Source: an uncultured Verrucomicrobiae bacterium (lineage in GTDB: Bacteria; Verrucomicrobiota; Verrucomicrobiia; Chthoniobacterales; JAFAMB01). Taken from it: a DNA stretch of 64,000 nucleotides. Location of the stretch: assembly GCA_963762565.1 (NCBI GenBank), contig CAVXLD010000001.1, forward strand, positions 832,001-896,000, given 5' to 3'. The notes under the pieces are model-generated. The model saw only the letters and a program-made list of their open reading frames with translations, was not told the DNA's origin and searched no databases. The position numbers and the translations under genes are program-made. Below are positions 28,931 through 38,892 of this stretch, in pieces (the stretch's first letter is position 1; each line of letters begins with the position of its first letter).

Positions 28931-30803
28931 TTAGAAGTACCATTCAACCTGGGTGCCAAACAGCCACCCGTGATTTGTATTGCCGTTGTAAGGCGGCATG
29001 AATGGGGTACCAAATTCTCCATTCGGCGTGGTCAATCCTTTAAGCGAATCAGACCAAATGGCGTATGTCGCAAAGAAACGCAGTTCAGGTCTGGTGTAGT
29101 AACCACCATTCGGCTTGATCACAGGACCAAAGTCGAAGACTCGCAACCAACCATGTTGGGCGCCAAACCAGGAGTACCGTTAGCGTTACTATTATCTTGG
29201 TTACTCTCCCATATGCGCGCGAATTGCTCTTGGAACGCAATATTGTCTGTAATCCAGATGGCAGGGCGCATACCGAAGTCAACATCGTGGACGTGGAGGT
29301 AACGATTTTCGACACGGGAACCGTGTTGGGATTAATCACGTTCCCGCCGGCGTCGCTGCCGCCGGGTCCAGTCCCGGTTGTTCCGCCTACCGCTGAGCGA
29401 CCGTAAGTCTCCTCTCAGTTAGCCCATAACCCAATGGAAAACCATGGAAGCTCTGGAGCCGGAGCAGGTGCCGGCGCGGCCATCGTTTTGCCGTCCTTAG
29501 ACATCCCAGCGACTGGAGCAGGTTCGGAGTGATACCAGGGCAGAGCAAAATAAGCCTGGAAACCAGCCCTATACTCGAACGAATGATCAATAACATGACC
29601 TACGTTGATGGTTTGTACGGCCGGAGTTGTTGGGTTTCGGAAAAGATCAGGTTCTCAGCGTTTTGTACCGAAGAAGTGATCACCGGCACTGAAGTTTGTC
29701 GCACCTCTACCGAATAAGGCATAAGCAGTGAACGAGTTGTTACCGCCCCAGGTCCGAACTTAACGTTATAGATGGCGCCACCGCCGATACCCCAGGCGGA
29801 TGGTGTATGCACTGGGTTGGTTAGCGCCGTCACGTTGCCGTTACTATCGTAACCTTGCGTGAACGTGCCGCCCTTTTCCACGTTGCCGATCAAGACCAGC
29901 GCTAGGCTACCGGGGACCGGGCCAAGAGCGATATCCTTCAACCGGAGGTCAAAGGTGTGCTTGAAGAAGGTGCCGATACTCGGAGATATAAAGCCATTTC
30001 ATGGCAAAATCAGAAAGCCAGAAAGCAGTTTACTAACCCTATCACTCCATGACATAGACACCTCTCCATAACGGAATCATCAACCAGAAATAATCATCTG
30101 GATCAGTATTGAACCGGTCATAGAAGCGTTCACCACCCCAGAACGTAATCTCAGGTGCGCCTTTGAAGACATTCTTCATTTCCAGGAAGGCCTGGCGAAG
30201 AACGAAGTCAAAGTCGTTACCGCTGTTCTCAATCCCGCCGTGGCTGCCCGTGAAAGTGCTGCGGCTCTGGACGTAACGAATCGCCGGGGTGAACGTCATT
30301 GAAACATCCATGACGTCCGGGCTATCACCCAACATGTGGGCCTGCATCCAGGTCAACTCCATGTACGTATCGTTTTCGTTACCGAGACGCTCAAGACCGA
30401 AATGCGGGAAGTTAGGCACGTTGAAGTTGAAGTTGCCGCCGCCACGTTGCCGTTGAACTGGAACAAGGCACGAACGTAGGCAGAGAATGTGAAGTTCCGG
30501 GTCAAGGACTTGAGGAAGGACTCGTCTAGCGGCGCCTCCGAGACTCCTTGCATCGGCATCGGTTAGGATGTGGGTATTCAGGATCGAGCCGCTGTCAGCT
30601 TTGGATTCCAAAAACTTCATTTCGGCTTCCATCGCAGTAATACGATCTTCGTACTCCTTCTGCATCTTCTGCATTTGGGTCTTCAATGCAGAAACATCAT
30701 TGCTATTGTTACTGTTGTCCTGGGCCAAGCAAACCGACCCGGTCAATAGAAAGGCGATAGCCAGCTGCGCATAGAAGAATCCTGTGGGGGGACGTAACTT
30801 CAT
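28931..30803 (-). pseudogene. Frameshifted LamB/maltoporin-like carbohydrate porin, paralog of 33163-35040
   Basis: Several ORF fragments align with the intact paralog (MKLRPPTG..., RLGNENDTYMELTW, FGTQVEWYF) across multiple frames. Confidence 0.9.
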
Positions 30804-30895
30804 GCTGTTTTATGTTCCTTTGGGGTAAGAGTTAAGGCTCGAGCTCAAGCCGGCACCTACCAGCACGAGGTCGATGACGGCTCTCTTAGGAACAG
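30804..30895 (-). promoter_or_regulatory. Structured 5' leader sequestering the SD of the porin pseudogene
   Basis: UGUUCCU/AGGAACA and AAGAG/CUCUU stems enclosing an inner hairpin; homologous to 35041-35130. Confidence 0.6.
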
Positions 30896-30905
30896 CTGGA
30901 TACAA

Positions 30906-30964
30906 AGTCGAGACGAAGGTCCCCAGATAGGACGCCTGGATAAATTCACATGACGATTTGATAA
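30906..30964 (-). promoter_or_regulatory. Putative AraC-dependent promoter (21-bp-spaced half-sites plus -10)
   Basis: + strand GGATA(30938)-N16-TGATA; -10-like TCGACT at the same offset as in the paralog. Confidence 0.5.
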
Positions 30965-31088
30965 GCCGCGTCCCGATCCACCGTCCATCGAGCAGCTCAG
31001 TCTGGTCGGGGGCAGTAAGCAGTAAGCAGTAAGCAGTAAGCAATGAGTCAGTGATCAACCTGCTGGCGGCTTTCGAAGTGCTTACCGC

Positions 31089-31984
31089 TCACTGCTCACT
31101 TCTCTCTGCCGGGGTTTCCCCCAAGATTGAATGATAAAGATCGCCGGCGAAACTAGAGCGGTCCCTGCGGCGGATTTCTTTAAAGACGCGAGAAAAATGT
31201 TGGATGGTGGCAAACCCGCATTCGAGAGCGATATCGCCGATTGGTAGATCGGAACTCAACAGCAAAGCTTCCGCGTGACGAATTCGTACTTTGGTTAGCT
31301 GCTTATGCATAGAGCTCCCTGCTTCCTGGCTGAAAAGCGCGGCTAATCTCCCACGGGAGAGTCCAACCTCTTCTGCTAACGTGCGTAGGGTCCAGTCTTC
31401 TCTAAAACGGCCCTCAAGAATTCTCAGTGCTCTCGAAAGCGCCGGGTGCAGAGCGGCCGGGGAGGGTTCCGGTTTCGAGTTTTCCATCGCTCGCACGACT
31501 TCAAGGACGAGCGCATCCAGCGCCAAACGCAACCCAGCGGCCTGATGCACAGAGCTTGTTGTGTCTTCTCGAATGATCTGCAGGAAATGACGTTCCAAGT
31601 GAGGTGAGCCAACTAGCGACAACGTGCTTTTAAGAGATTCTAACGCCTTCCACTCCGGATGACGATTTTCCACCGCTCGTAAATCAAACCCTACCCAAAG
31701 CAGGTGATGTTTTGGTTCCGGTCCGTGCTCCACCCAGTGATTCAGATTCGGAGGAAAACACCAAAGCGAGCCGGCTTTAAAAAGATCTCTCGTTCGCCCA
31801 TGAGTCCCATTCGCGTGGTCCCCTTTACAACGTAGCCGATCTCCCAATGGCGATGCAGGTGGGGACCCACTCGATATCTCGGCGCTTCCCAATGTTCGCC
31901 GGAGTCGATCACCTCCGGCAGAATCCTATCGAGTCCGACCGCCCAAAACCCAGCCAGAGGTCCTCTAGTTTTCAAAATCTGCAT
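31089..31984 (-). pseudogene. Frameshifted AraC family regulator
   Basis: N-part MQILKTRGPL..EVIDSGEH in one frame, C-part (ECGFATIQHFSRVFKE) in another; shift near 31780; paralog of 35546-36442. Confidence 0.85.
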
Positions 31985-32063
31985 AAGCCGTCCTTGAGGG
32001 GAGAAATCGATTCCTGGAGCTCTTGTAGCTTGTAACACTTAGAAATGCGAAAGTGCAAGCTGC

Positions 32064-32834
32064 ATGGAGCGAATGGCGGCAGAATGCAGCAAATCAATGA
32101 GCCAGCTCGTTCAAATCGGCCAGACCGTGCGTCGTCCGGTTCATCAGAACACGCCCATCGTTCAAGCGTTATTAAAACATCTCGAGGCAATGGCTTTTGA
32201 TGGAGCACCCAGGGCCCTTGGCATCGATCAAGAGGGTCGCGAGATGGTGGATTACATCTCCGGCGAGGCCGGTCATTATCCACTTAAGCCGTATGTATTA
32301 TCGGAATCGACACTGATTTAGCTTGGCCGTCTGCTCCGGCGCTTTCATGACGCGACGGTCAGCTTTTCACCGCCAAAAAATCTCGTTTGGCATAACATCG
32401 TCGACGGGCCATGCGGGGTTATTTGTCACAGCGATGCCGGTCCCTACAATATCATCTTTCGCAACGGTAACCCAGTTGCACTGATCGACTTCGAACGAGC
32501 AGCGCCAGGCCCTCGGGTTTGGGACATCGCATTTGTAGTTTATCGATTTGCTCCTCTCTGTGATTTGCGAGAGCAAGGACTCACTCAGACCTTTCTCAGA
32601 CACATCGCTCGCCGAATCCGGATTTTGCTACACGCTTACGGTTGCTCCCGACAGGATGACCTATTCGATTGGATCCAGATACGGCTAAGGACTGAGATCG
32701 GCTTATTCGAAGCCCCGGAAAAGGATGTCATAGGTGGACGTCGGCAGAAAATCGAGGAGGGCCATCTCGATCTCTATAAGCGCGACCTCCGTCTGATTGA
32801 GCAGGTGTCCGGAGCATTGCGGAAGTTGATTTAG
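32064..32834 (+). pseudogene. Aminoglycoside-phosphotransferase-like kinase interrupted by an in-frame TAG at 32319
   Basis: GQTVRRP..LLKHLE..GAPRALG, then *LGRLLRRFHDA..CHSDAGPYN..LIDFE..GPRVWDIA continuing in the same frame to 32834. Confidence 0.8.
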
Positions 32835-33000
32835 GTAAACGCGAGAAGCTCCCTCATGGCACAGTATAGAACGTGAATCGCAATTAGATTTCGCTCCTAC
32901 GGTAGCTGGCCTCTTTTTTGCCTCTCGGGCTATAAAGATCCGGCTCCTACGGAGCCGTTTTTGAACAGCCTGCGACGTTGCGCGGCCCACCAATGACCTC

Positions 33001-33043
33001 TCACCAATCACCTCTCACCTCTCACTCACCTCTCACTTCTCAC
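33001..33043. repeat. Heptamer array TCACCWC
   Basis: tcaccaatcacctctcacctctcac... Confidence 0.7.
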
Positions 33044-33046
33044 AAC

Positions 33047-33128
33047 AAAAGGAGCGCCTCCGCTTGCCTTAGAAGCGGAGGCACCCTTCAACTAGTCCGG
33101 TTAGTTTCCCCAAACCACCAGACTAAAA
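33047..33128 (-). ncRNA. Conserved two-hairpin RNA element, copy 2
   Basis: UAGUCUGGUGGUUU-GGGG-AAACUAACCGGACUA plus GGGUGCCUCCGCUU-CUAAGGC-AAGCGGAGGCGCUCCUUUU, 3' of the intact porin. Confidence 0.7.
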
Positions 33129-33162
33129 TCGGTCGGCCTCGCAAGCGAGGCACGCTCCACGG

Positions 33163-35040
33163 TTAGAAGAACCACTCAACCTGGGTACCGAACAACCAGC
33201 CATGGTTGGTGTTGCCATTGTATGGCGCCGCGAAACCACCGCCGCCGCCGGAACCTTCTTCGATGGGAGTCGTCATCCCCTTGAGCGAGTCTGACCAAAT
33301 GGCGTAGGTAGCGAAGAACCGGATCTCGGGTTTGGTATAGTAACCACCCTTTGGTTTGATCACCGGTCCAACGTCAAAGACTCCCAACCACCCGGATTTT
33401 CCGAAGCCGGGATAGCCGGCGATGTTGTTATTGCTCTCGTATTGCCCACTGAACTGGCCTTGGAGAGCGATATTGTCTGCTACCCAAAAGGCGGGACGAG
33501 TACCGAACTGAACATCGTGGACGTGCCCGGAAACAACTTTGCTCACGATGGGCTCAGTGGGATTAACTACGTTTCCGCCTTGGCCAAGACCAGGTCCGGT
33601 AGTCCCTCCAAAAGCAAAACCACTATATGAGTCTTCCCAGTCGCCGAAGAAGGCAACGGAGAACCAGGGAAGCGCTGGAGCAGCCGCCGGCGCCGGCGCC
33701 GCTACGCCCTTACCGTCTTTGGACGTCCCAGCCACCGCGGGCGCGGGTTCAGAATGGTACCAGGGCAGGGCTACGTACAGCTGGAAGCCCGCTCGATAAG
33801 TGAATCCGTGGTTGAGGGCGTCACCAACATTAACTTCCCCCGTGTATCCCGGATGACGGAAGAGGAATAAGTTTTCCGCCCCCTGGACGCTGCCAAGATC
33901 GGAGCCGCTGCTGAAATTCGTCACGCCCCTACCAAAGAGTGCATAAGCGGTGAACGAATTATTGCCGCCGCCGGGACCGAACTTAACATTGTAAATGAGA
34001 CCGCCACCAATACCCCACGCAGAATCGGTGTGGAGTGGATTCGTCAAATCGACGATATTGCCAGCGGAGTCGTAGTCTTGGGTAAAGGTCCCACCCTTTT
34101 CGTAGTTGCCGATCAGGACTAAGGCAATGGTTCCGGGGATCGGTCCGAGTTGAATATTCTTCAACCGCGCGTCGAATGTCTGCTTGAACTCAGAGCCGAT
34201 ACCCGGGGATATGTCTTGCGCGTTCAGACCACCAAGCCAGGCGAAATTGAGTTGGCCGATTCCCAGGTCGATGTTTTCAACACCAGCGCCGTACCCGGAA
34301 GTGTCTAACCAGAAGTAATCTTCCGGATCCGTGTTGTAACGGTCATAGAAGCGAACACCACTCCAGAAAGTGATCTCAGGGGCGGCCTTGAAAACGTTCT
34401 TCGCCTCCAGGTAAGCCTGGCGAAGAATGAAATCGAAGTCGTTGCCGCTACGAGTCACGTTGTTTTGAGCGTCGAAGCTCGCTCGGTTTTGCACGTAGCG
34501 GATAGCCGGCGTGAAGGTCATCGATACATCCATCACATCCGGGCTATCACCCAGCATATGGGCCTGCATCCAGGTCAACTCCATGTAGGTATCGTTTTCG
34601 TTACCCAGACGCTCACGACCCTCTCCCGGAAAGTTCGGCAGCTCAAAACTGAAGTTGCCGCCTCCACCGTTTCCATTGAATTGGAAGCCCGCCCGGATGT
34701 ATGCCGAGAACGTAAAATTCCGGGTCAACGACTTTAAGAAAGATTCGTCAAGGGTTGGCGCCGCTGACACCTCTGTTCCGTTCGCATCGGTCAGGATGCG
34801 GGTATTCAAGATGGAGCCGGAGTCAGCTCTGGATTCCAAGCTTTTCATCTCCGCTTCCATCGAAGTGATGCGGTCTTGATATTGCTGTTGCTGCTTCTGC
34901 AAGCTCTCGATCTGGGCTTTCAGAGCAGAGACATCATTATTGTTACTACTGTTGTCCTGGGCTAGAGCGATCGACCCAGTAAATAAAAAGGCGGCAGCCA
35001 CCTTCGCACACAGGGGACCTGTGGGGGGACGTAACTTCAT
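33163..35040 (-). CDS. LamB/maltoporin-like carbohydrate porin with N-terminal coiled coil
   Basis: Signal peptide, coiled-coil extension, YIRAG, RLGNENDTYME, WSGVRFY.R, KPEIRFFATYA, C-terminal FGTQVEWFF. Confidence 0.9.
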   Translation of the reverse strand: MKLRPPTGPLCAKVAAAFLFTGSIALAQDNSSNNNDVSALKAQIESLQKQQQQYQDRITSMEAEMKSLESRADSGSILNTRILTDANGTEVSAAPTLDESFLKSLTRNFTFSAYIRAGFQFNGNGGGGNFSFELPNFPGEGRERLGNENDTYMELTWMQAHMLGDSPDVMDVSMTFTPAIRYVQNRASFDAQNNVTRSGNDFDFILRQAYLEAKNVFKAAPEITFWSGVRFYDRYNTDPEDYFWLDTSGYGAGVENIDLGIGQLNFAWLGGLNAQDISPGIGSEFKQTFDARLKNIQLGPIPGTIALVLIGNYEKGGTFTQDYDSAGNIVDLTNPLHTDSAWGIGGGLIYNVKFGPGGGNNSFTAYALFGRGVTNFSSGSDLGSVQGAENLFLFRHPGYTGEVNVGDALNHGFTYRAGFQLYVALPWYHSEPAPAVAGTSKDGKGVAAPAPAAAPALPWFSVAFFGDWEDSYSGFAFGGTTGPGLGQGGNVVNPTEPIVSKVVSGHVHDVQFGTRPAFWVADNIALQGQFSGQYESNNNIAGYPGFGKSGWLGVFDVGPVIKPKGGYYTKPEIRFFATYAIWSDSLKGMTTPIEEGSGGGGGFAAPYNGNTNHGWLFGTQVEWFF

Positions 35041-35130
35041 GTCTTGGTATTATTCCTTTGAGGTAAGAGTTAAGGCCGGTACCGGGTCATCAACATCAAC
35101 GCGGCACCGATGTAAGCTCTCTTAGGAATT
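35041..35130 (-). promoter_or_regulatory. Structured 5' leader sequestering the porin SD
   Basis: AUUCCU/AGGAAU, AAGAG/CUCUU and CGGUGCCG/CGGUACCG stems. Confidence 0.6.
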
Positions 35131-35141
35131 TGAGTTAACAA

Positions 35142-35199
35142 AGTCTAGCCGTAAAACTTCGAATCGGAAATACGGATAAATTTTTCCGATGGTTAGATA
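35142..35199 (-). promoter_or_regulatory. Porin promoter with tandem AraC-type half-sites
   Basis: -10 TAGACT (35147-35142); TATCT-N16-TATCC on the minus strand just upstream of the -35 position. Confidence 0.55.
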
Positions 35200-35295
35200 A
35201 CCGGATAACTGCGCCTACAGCCGGCGTTGCCATACGCAAACCATCTTGCATTCGGACTGAGAATCCTTTACAACAGCCGAACCAGCCGCAGTTAG

Positions 35296-35383
35296 TATCT
35301 AATTTTAAAATCGGCTTATCTGTTCGTCCGAATGTTGTGTCCAACCGTTCCGATTACTTATCTGTTAGTCCGATTTCTAGTCC
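35296..35383 (+). promoter_or_regulatory. Array of four 21-bp-periodic AraC-type half-sites
   Basis: TATCT 35296, TATCT 35317, TGTCC 35338, TATCT 35359; three units also carry TCCGA. Confidence 0.6.
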
Positions 35384-35545
35384 TTTTTAGACCGCGTGTT
35401 AGTTATTAATGTCAGTAAATTACCAAGATGAGTAATAGTTGGCGAACAGTATCGCAATTTACTGTCTACTTTACCTTGACTTTATTGGATCCGACGAAGA
35501 GATAAAGCCGGTTAGTCGTTCAGGTCAGCCAGGGCCAGCACGGAT

Positions 35546-36442
35546 ATGCAGATTCTTAGAGCAAGAGGAGCGTTGCCAGGATTGAAGGTGGTTAATGTGG
35601 AGAAGATTCTCCCGGAGGTCATCGATTTGGGTGAACATCGAGAAGCAGCGAATCGGCGTTATCGGGATCACTCACCAAATCATTGGCTCCTCATGTACCT
35701 GATCGAAGGTACCAGCCGGGTCGGACTAGAAGGAGAGCCAGAGGTCTCGCTGCGTGCTGGTTCGATCGCGTGCGTCCCACCCAATTCAAGTCGTTCGTGG
35801 CAATACGGTCCGGAACCGAAGCACCATGTATTGTGGCTTGCTTTTGAGTTGCGAGCTATTCAAAGTCGTTACCCCGAATGGAAGCTTGCTCAGGCTTTGC
35901 ATCGCGTTCACTTCGCTCACGATCTGATGCATCTGGAACGCTACTTTCTTCAGGTGATACGAGAGGCAACCACGCCTTGCCTTCACCAGGCATGCGGGCT
36001 GCAACTGGCACTCGATAGCTTGGTCTTGGAAGTGGTCCGAGCCTTCACCGAACCAAGAAAAATTCTGTCTCTAGTCTCGGTTCATCCGGCTATTTCCAAG
36101 GCTCTAGGAATGCTCCAGACCAGATTCAGGAAGAATTGGACCTTGAACGAACTAGCCGGGGAAGTTGGACTCTCCCGAAGCCGGCTCGCCGAGCTCTTCA
36201 ATCTCGAGGCGGGCTGCACGATCCACAAATATCTTACTAAAGTAAGAGTCCGGCATGCGGAAACTCTGCTAAGCCATTCAGTCCTGCCGATCGGCGAAAT
36301 CGCCTCGGAGTGCGGCTTCGCCACGATCCAACATTTTTCTCGCGTTTTCAAAGAGGTGAACGGCCACGCTCCGATGATCTTTCGTCGCCGATGCGAGGAC
36401 CGTGACTTTGGAGAACCTTTGCTGCTGCCCTCGGCATCGTGA
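35546..36442 (+). CDS. AraC family transcriptional regulator
   Basis: Cupin-like N-domain; LAGEVGLSRSRLAELF...ECGFATIQHFSRVFKEV.G..P double HTH. Confidence 0.93.
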   Translation: MQILRARGALPGLKVVNVEKILPEVIDLGEHREAANRRYRDHSPNHWLLMYLIEGTSRVGLEGEPEVSLRAGSIACVPPNSSRSWQYGPEPKHHVLWLAFELRAIQSRYPEWKLAQALHRVHFAHDLMHLERYFLQVIREATTPCLHQACGLQLALDSLVLEVVRAFTEPRKILSLVSVHPAISKALGMLQTRFRKNWTLNELAGEVGLSRSRLAELFNLEAGCTIHKYLTKVRVRHAETLLSHSVLPIGEIASECGFATIQHFSRVFKEVNGHAPMIFRRRCEDRDFGEPLLLPSAS

Positions 36443-36513
36443 GACACCTGTATCTTAGTTCTTGCGCTCGCAACAGACTGGAATACCCGACCAAACGTGC
36501 GGCCGGCGTCGCC

Positions 36514-36724
36514 TGGAGGGGAGCCGCTTTGTAGGTTGGCAACTAAATCGGTTGGCAGCAGGCGGCTCCCGGGAGCGACCCTTGGTAATGTTTTGTCCAG
36601 CGCCTCGGCTACCTGGCCTGTCGATTCCGGCAAAGGAGATAGATCTGCGACACGTGGAGTTATTCGCGGGAGCCGCCTGCTAGCAACTTCAAGAGCTGCC
36701 AGCCTACAAAGCGGCTCCCCTCCA
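36514..36724. mobile_element. REP-derived MITE-like element family C
   Basis: tggaggggagccgctttgt / acaaagcggctcccctcca termini; homolog at 60430-60733. Confidence 0.7.
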
Positions 36725-36787
36725 AAGCTGGGCGGCGACGCACATATCACGGGCTACAAAACCTTCGAACACGAGGATGAATCGGCT

Positions 36788-37273
36788 CTACTCCCTATCG
36801 ACTCGGCACGCGTAACATCCCGGCTTGGCAAAGTGTACGTGCAAAAACAGGACGGCCGGATTTTCGAAGAACTTGGCAATGATTTCCTCGGCTCGGTTCC
36901 CTTCGATTACATCAGCGCCAACCAACATATCGTTCCCGTCGAAAGCCCGGATCGATAACAAGCGGCTTCTCAGCATTTCCGGGAGCGAATCGGAGTAGGA
37001 CGCTGCCGTCGTTGCCGCTCTGCGAACATAGACCGCGTGGGTGCTACGATATGGAGATTCCGACGGTAGATGCACAAAGTTAGTCAGGATCACTTCATCC
37101 CCCGCTTCGGCATCTTGCAATGACACTCGACATGGGAAACCGGGTTTAGTATCGGCCACCAGCCGTCGGGTGAGCCGCTTTTCTAATTGGTCGTCCGACA
37201 AGTTGAATAAGGCTTCAAACGGTTCCGGAGAAAGCCCACGGACTGTGAAATGAACTGATTCGGTCTTAGTCAT
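36788..37273 (-). CDS. DUF1203 domain protein
   Basis: PGFPCRVSL.DA..G, SPY....VYV, LSIRAFD, LHVHFAKPGCYAC. Confidence 0.88.
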   Translation of the reverse strand: MTKTESVHFTVRGLSPEPFEALFNLSDDQLEKRLTRRLVADTKPGFPCRVSLQDAEAGDEVILTNFVHLPSESPYRSTHAVYVRRAATTAASYSDSLPEMLRSRLLSIRAFDGNDMLVGADVIEGNRAEEIIAKFFENPAVLFLHVHFAKPGCYACRVDRE

Positions 37274-37368
37274 GGACCAATCTCGGTCCCCACACCCACA
37301 AAACGACCCGATTCTTGCTCCAGCCTGCGCCTCTAAAAAATGCGCAGGCATTCTTTTGGAGGCGCAGG

Positions 37369-38892
37369 CTACAGCGGCACGCTGAGCTGAACTCCTAACA
37401 CAACCTCGTTTGTAGCGTTATGGTAGCCGCCGGGATTGATAATCCACTGAAGATCCGGCTGAATGTTTGCCCCGTGGAAAACGTCGAACGAGTAGAAAAT
37501 TTCCTCTACCCATTCGTTATTTTGTACGTCGAAGCCAGAACCAGGATGAGTGTTGATGTATTCCCTCTCGGCGTTCCGTACACTGCCGGAAACGCGGTTC
37601 CAACCCGTTGCTATGCCAACGGAATCGTAGGGTCGCTTCGACCAAGGACCCCAGTAGTAGAGTCCAGTGAATATTTGGCCCTGTTGAAACGAGGTCCGAG
37701 GATCTAGCCAAATAGTCCCTGCAAAGGCACTCAAACCAGTCTTTGGTCGACTCGGATCCGGAGCAGTAAGCTGTTGGAAAACACTAGCATAAACACCCCA
37801 GTCTCCTGTGAACGTGCTGCCCAGGAGGGCCGCCGAACCCGGTGCACCGGCGAGCACGCTTTTGGCGGCTCCGGTGGTTTCTGTATGGTTTGTATTCCCG
37901 AAGGCTCCCAGCACCCAAAATCCCGGTAGCTTTTGCCCGCAAATATCCACTTTCGGTTTCCAATCGATTTCGAACGGGATAATGGCTCCGCTGGTCCCGC
38001 CCGGATTATCGACTCGAAGGTAGTATTGGCTGGAAATCCAATAGTTGTTGAAAGCAAAGAGGCCAACTCTGAAGGATAAGTCCTTGGTGGCGTTCCACTG
38101 GAAATCCGTTCCCCATTGGCTCACCGGCCAAGTGAACATGCTATAACCCGCCACGTTACCGGTGATCCCTGCTGTGAACGTCAGGTTTTCAAATGGGAAA
38201 GCGTAATAGCCTCCGAATTCCTGACTCATGTTCATCAAACCGACTTTAAATTCGAACGTGTCACTAAGCAGGGTCTGTTTGAACCACATGCTGGTGATGC
38301 GCCAGGTTTGGCCTCGTCCCCACACTTCCTGAATCAGTTGGATGGTATTGGGATTCTGGATATTGCCCAGATTGTTTCCAGTACGCTTGGTGACATAGAA
38401 CTCGAAACTGCCGCCTTCCCAACAGAGCAATTTTTCTAAATTTAAATCGATTCCGAAAAGGGCCTGATCCGTATAAGCCCATGCCTGACCACTGTTTTTC
38501 GCATTACCGGCGAAAGTGTCCTTACCTCCGCTGACGTTGCTGGCCGTCTCACTGAAATAATCGATGTTAAAATCGACACCCCAGTTGTGGAGAAGGGTAC
38601 GCAATCCCCACCAGTCGCCGGTCACGTATCTATCCCAATACTCCCTACCTTCTTCCGGCGTCAGATGCATCGAGGGATCAAAGGCGATAGGATTGGCAGG
38701 CGCGGTGCCGGAAGAAATCGCGTTTGCAGCCGACATTGGGGGCGGTGGAGGAGAGGGAGGGTTGGTGACAGAGGGAGGGTTGGTTTGACTTGAATCGTCA
38801 GCCGCAAAAGCGGGTAGGGAACAGATACAGAGCAACCCGATGGCAATAGGAACCGCTCTGTCAGTCAGCGGTGAAACTGAATTCCTTTTCAC
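37369..38892 (-). CDS. OprB family carbohydrate porin
   Basis: TGDWWGLRT.L...GV, QEVWGRGQTWR, WPVSQWG, QPDLQWIINPGG. Confidence 0.9.
   Translation of the reverse strand: MKRNSVSPLTDRAVPIAIGLLCICSLPAFAADDSSQTNPPSVTNPPSPPPPPMSAANAISSGTAPANPIAFDPSMHLTPEEGREYWDRYVTGDWWGLRTLLHNWGVDFNIDYFSETASNVSGGKDTFAGNAKNSGQAWAYTDQALFGIDLNLEKLLCWEGGSFEFYVTKRTGNNLGNIQNPNTIQLIQEVWGRGQTWRITSMWFKQTLLSDTFEFKVGLMNMSQEFGGYYAFPFENLTFTAGITGNVAGYSMFTWPVSQWGTDFQWNATKDLSFRVGLFAFNNYWISSQYYLRVDNPGGTSGAIIPFEIDWKPKVDICGQKLPGFWVLGAFGNTNHTETTGAAKSVLAGAPGSAALLGSTFTGDWGVYASVFQQLTAPDPSRPKTGLSAFAGTIWLDPRTSFQQGQIFTGLYYWGPWSKRPYDSVGIATGWNRVSGSVRNAEREYINTHPGSGFDVQNNEWVEEIFYSFDVFHGANIQPDLQWIINPGGYHNATNEVVLGVQLSVPL

Noticed and set aside
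36082..36958. ORFs 36082-36750 and 36497-36958
   Set aside because: They span a palindromic MITE and antisense parts of real genes; the repeated GEPLCRLA peptide comes from the inverted repeat
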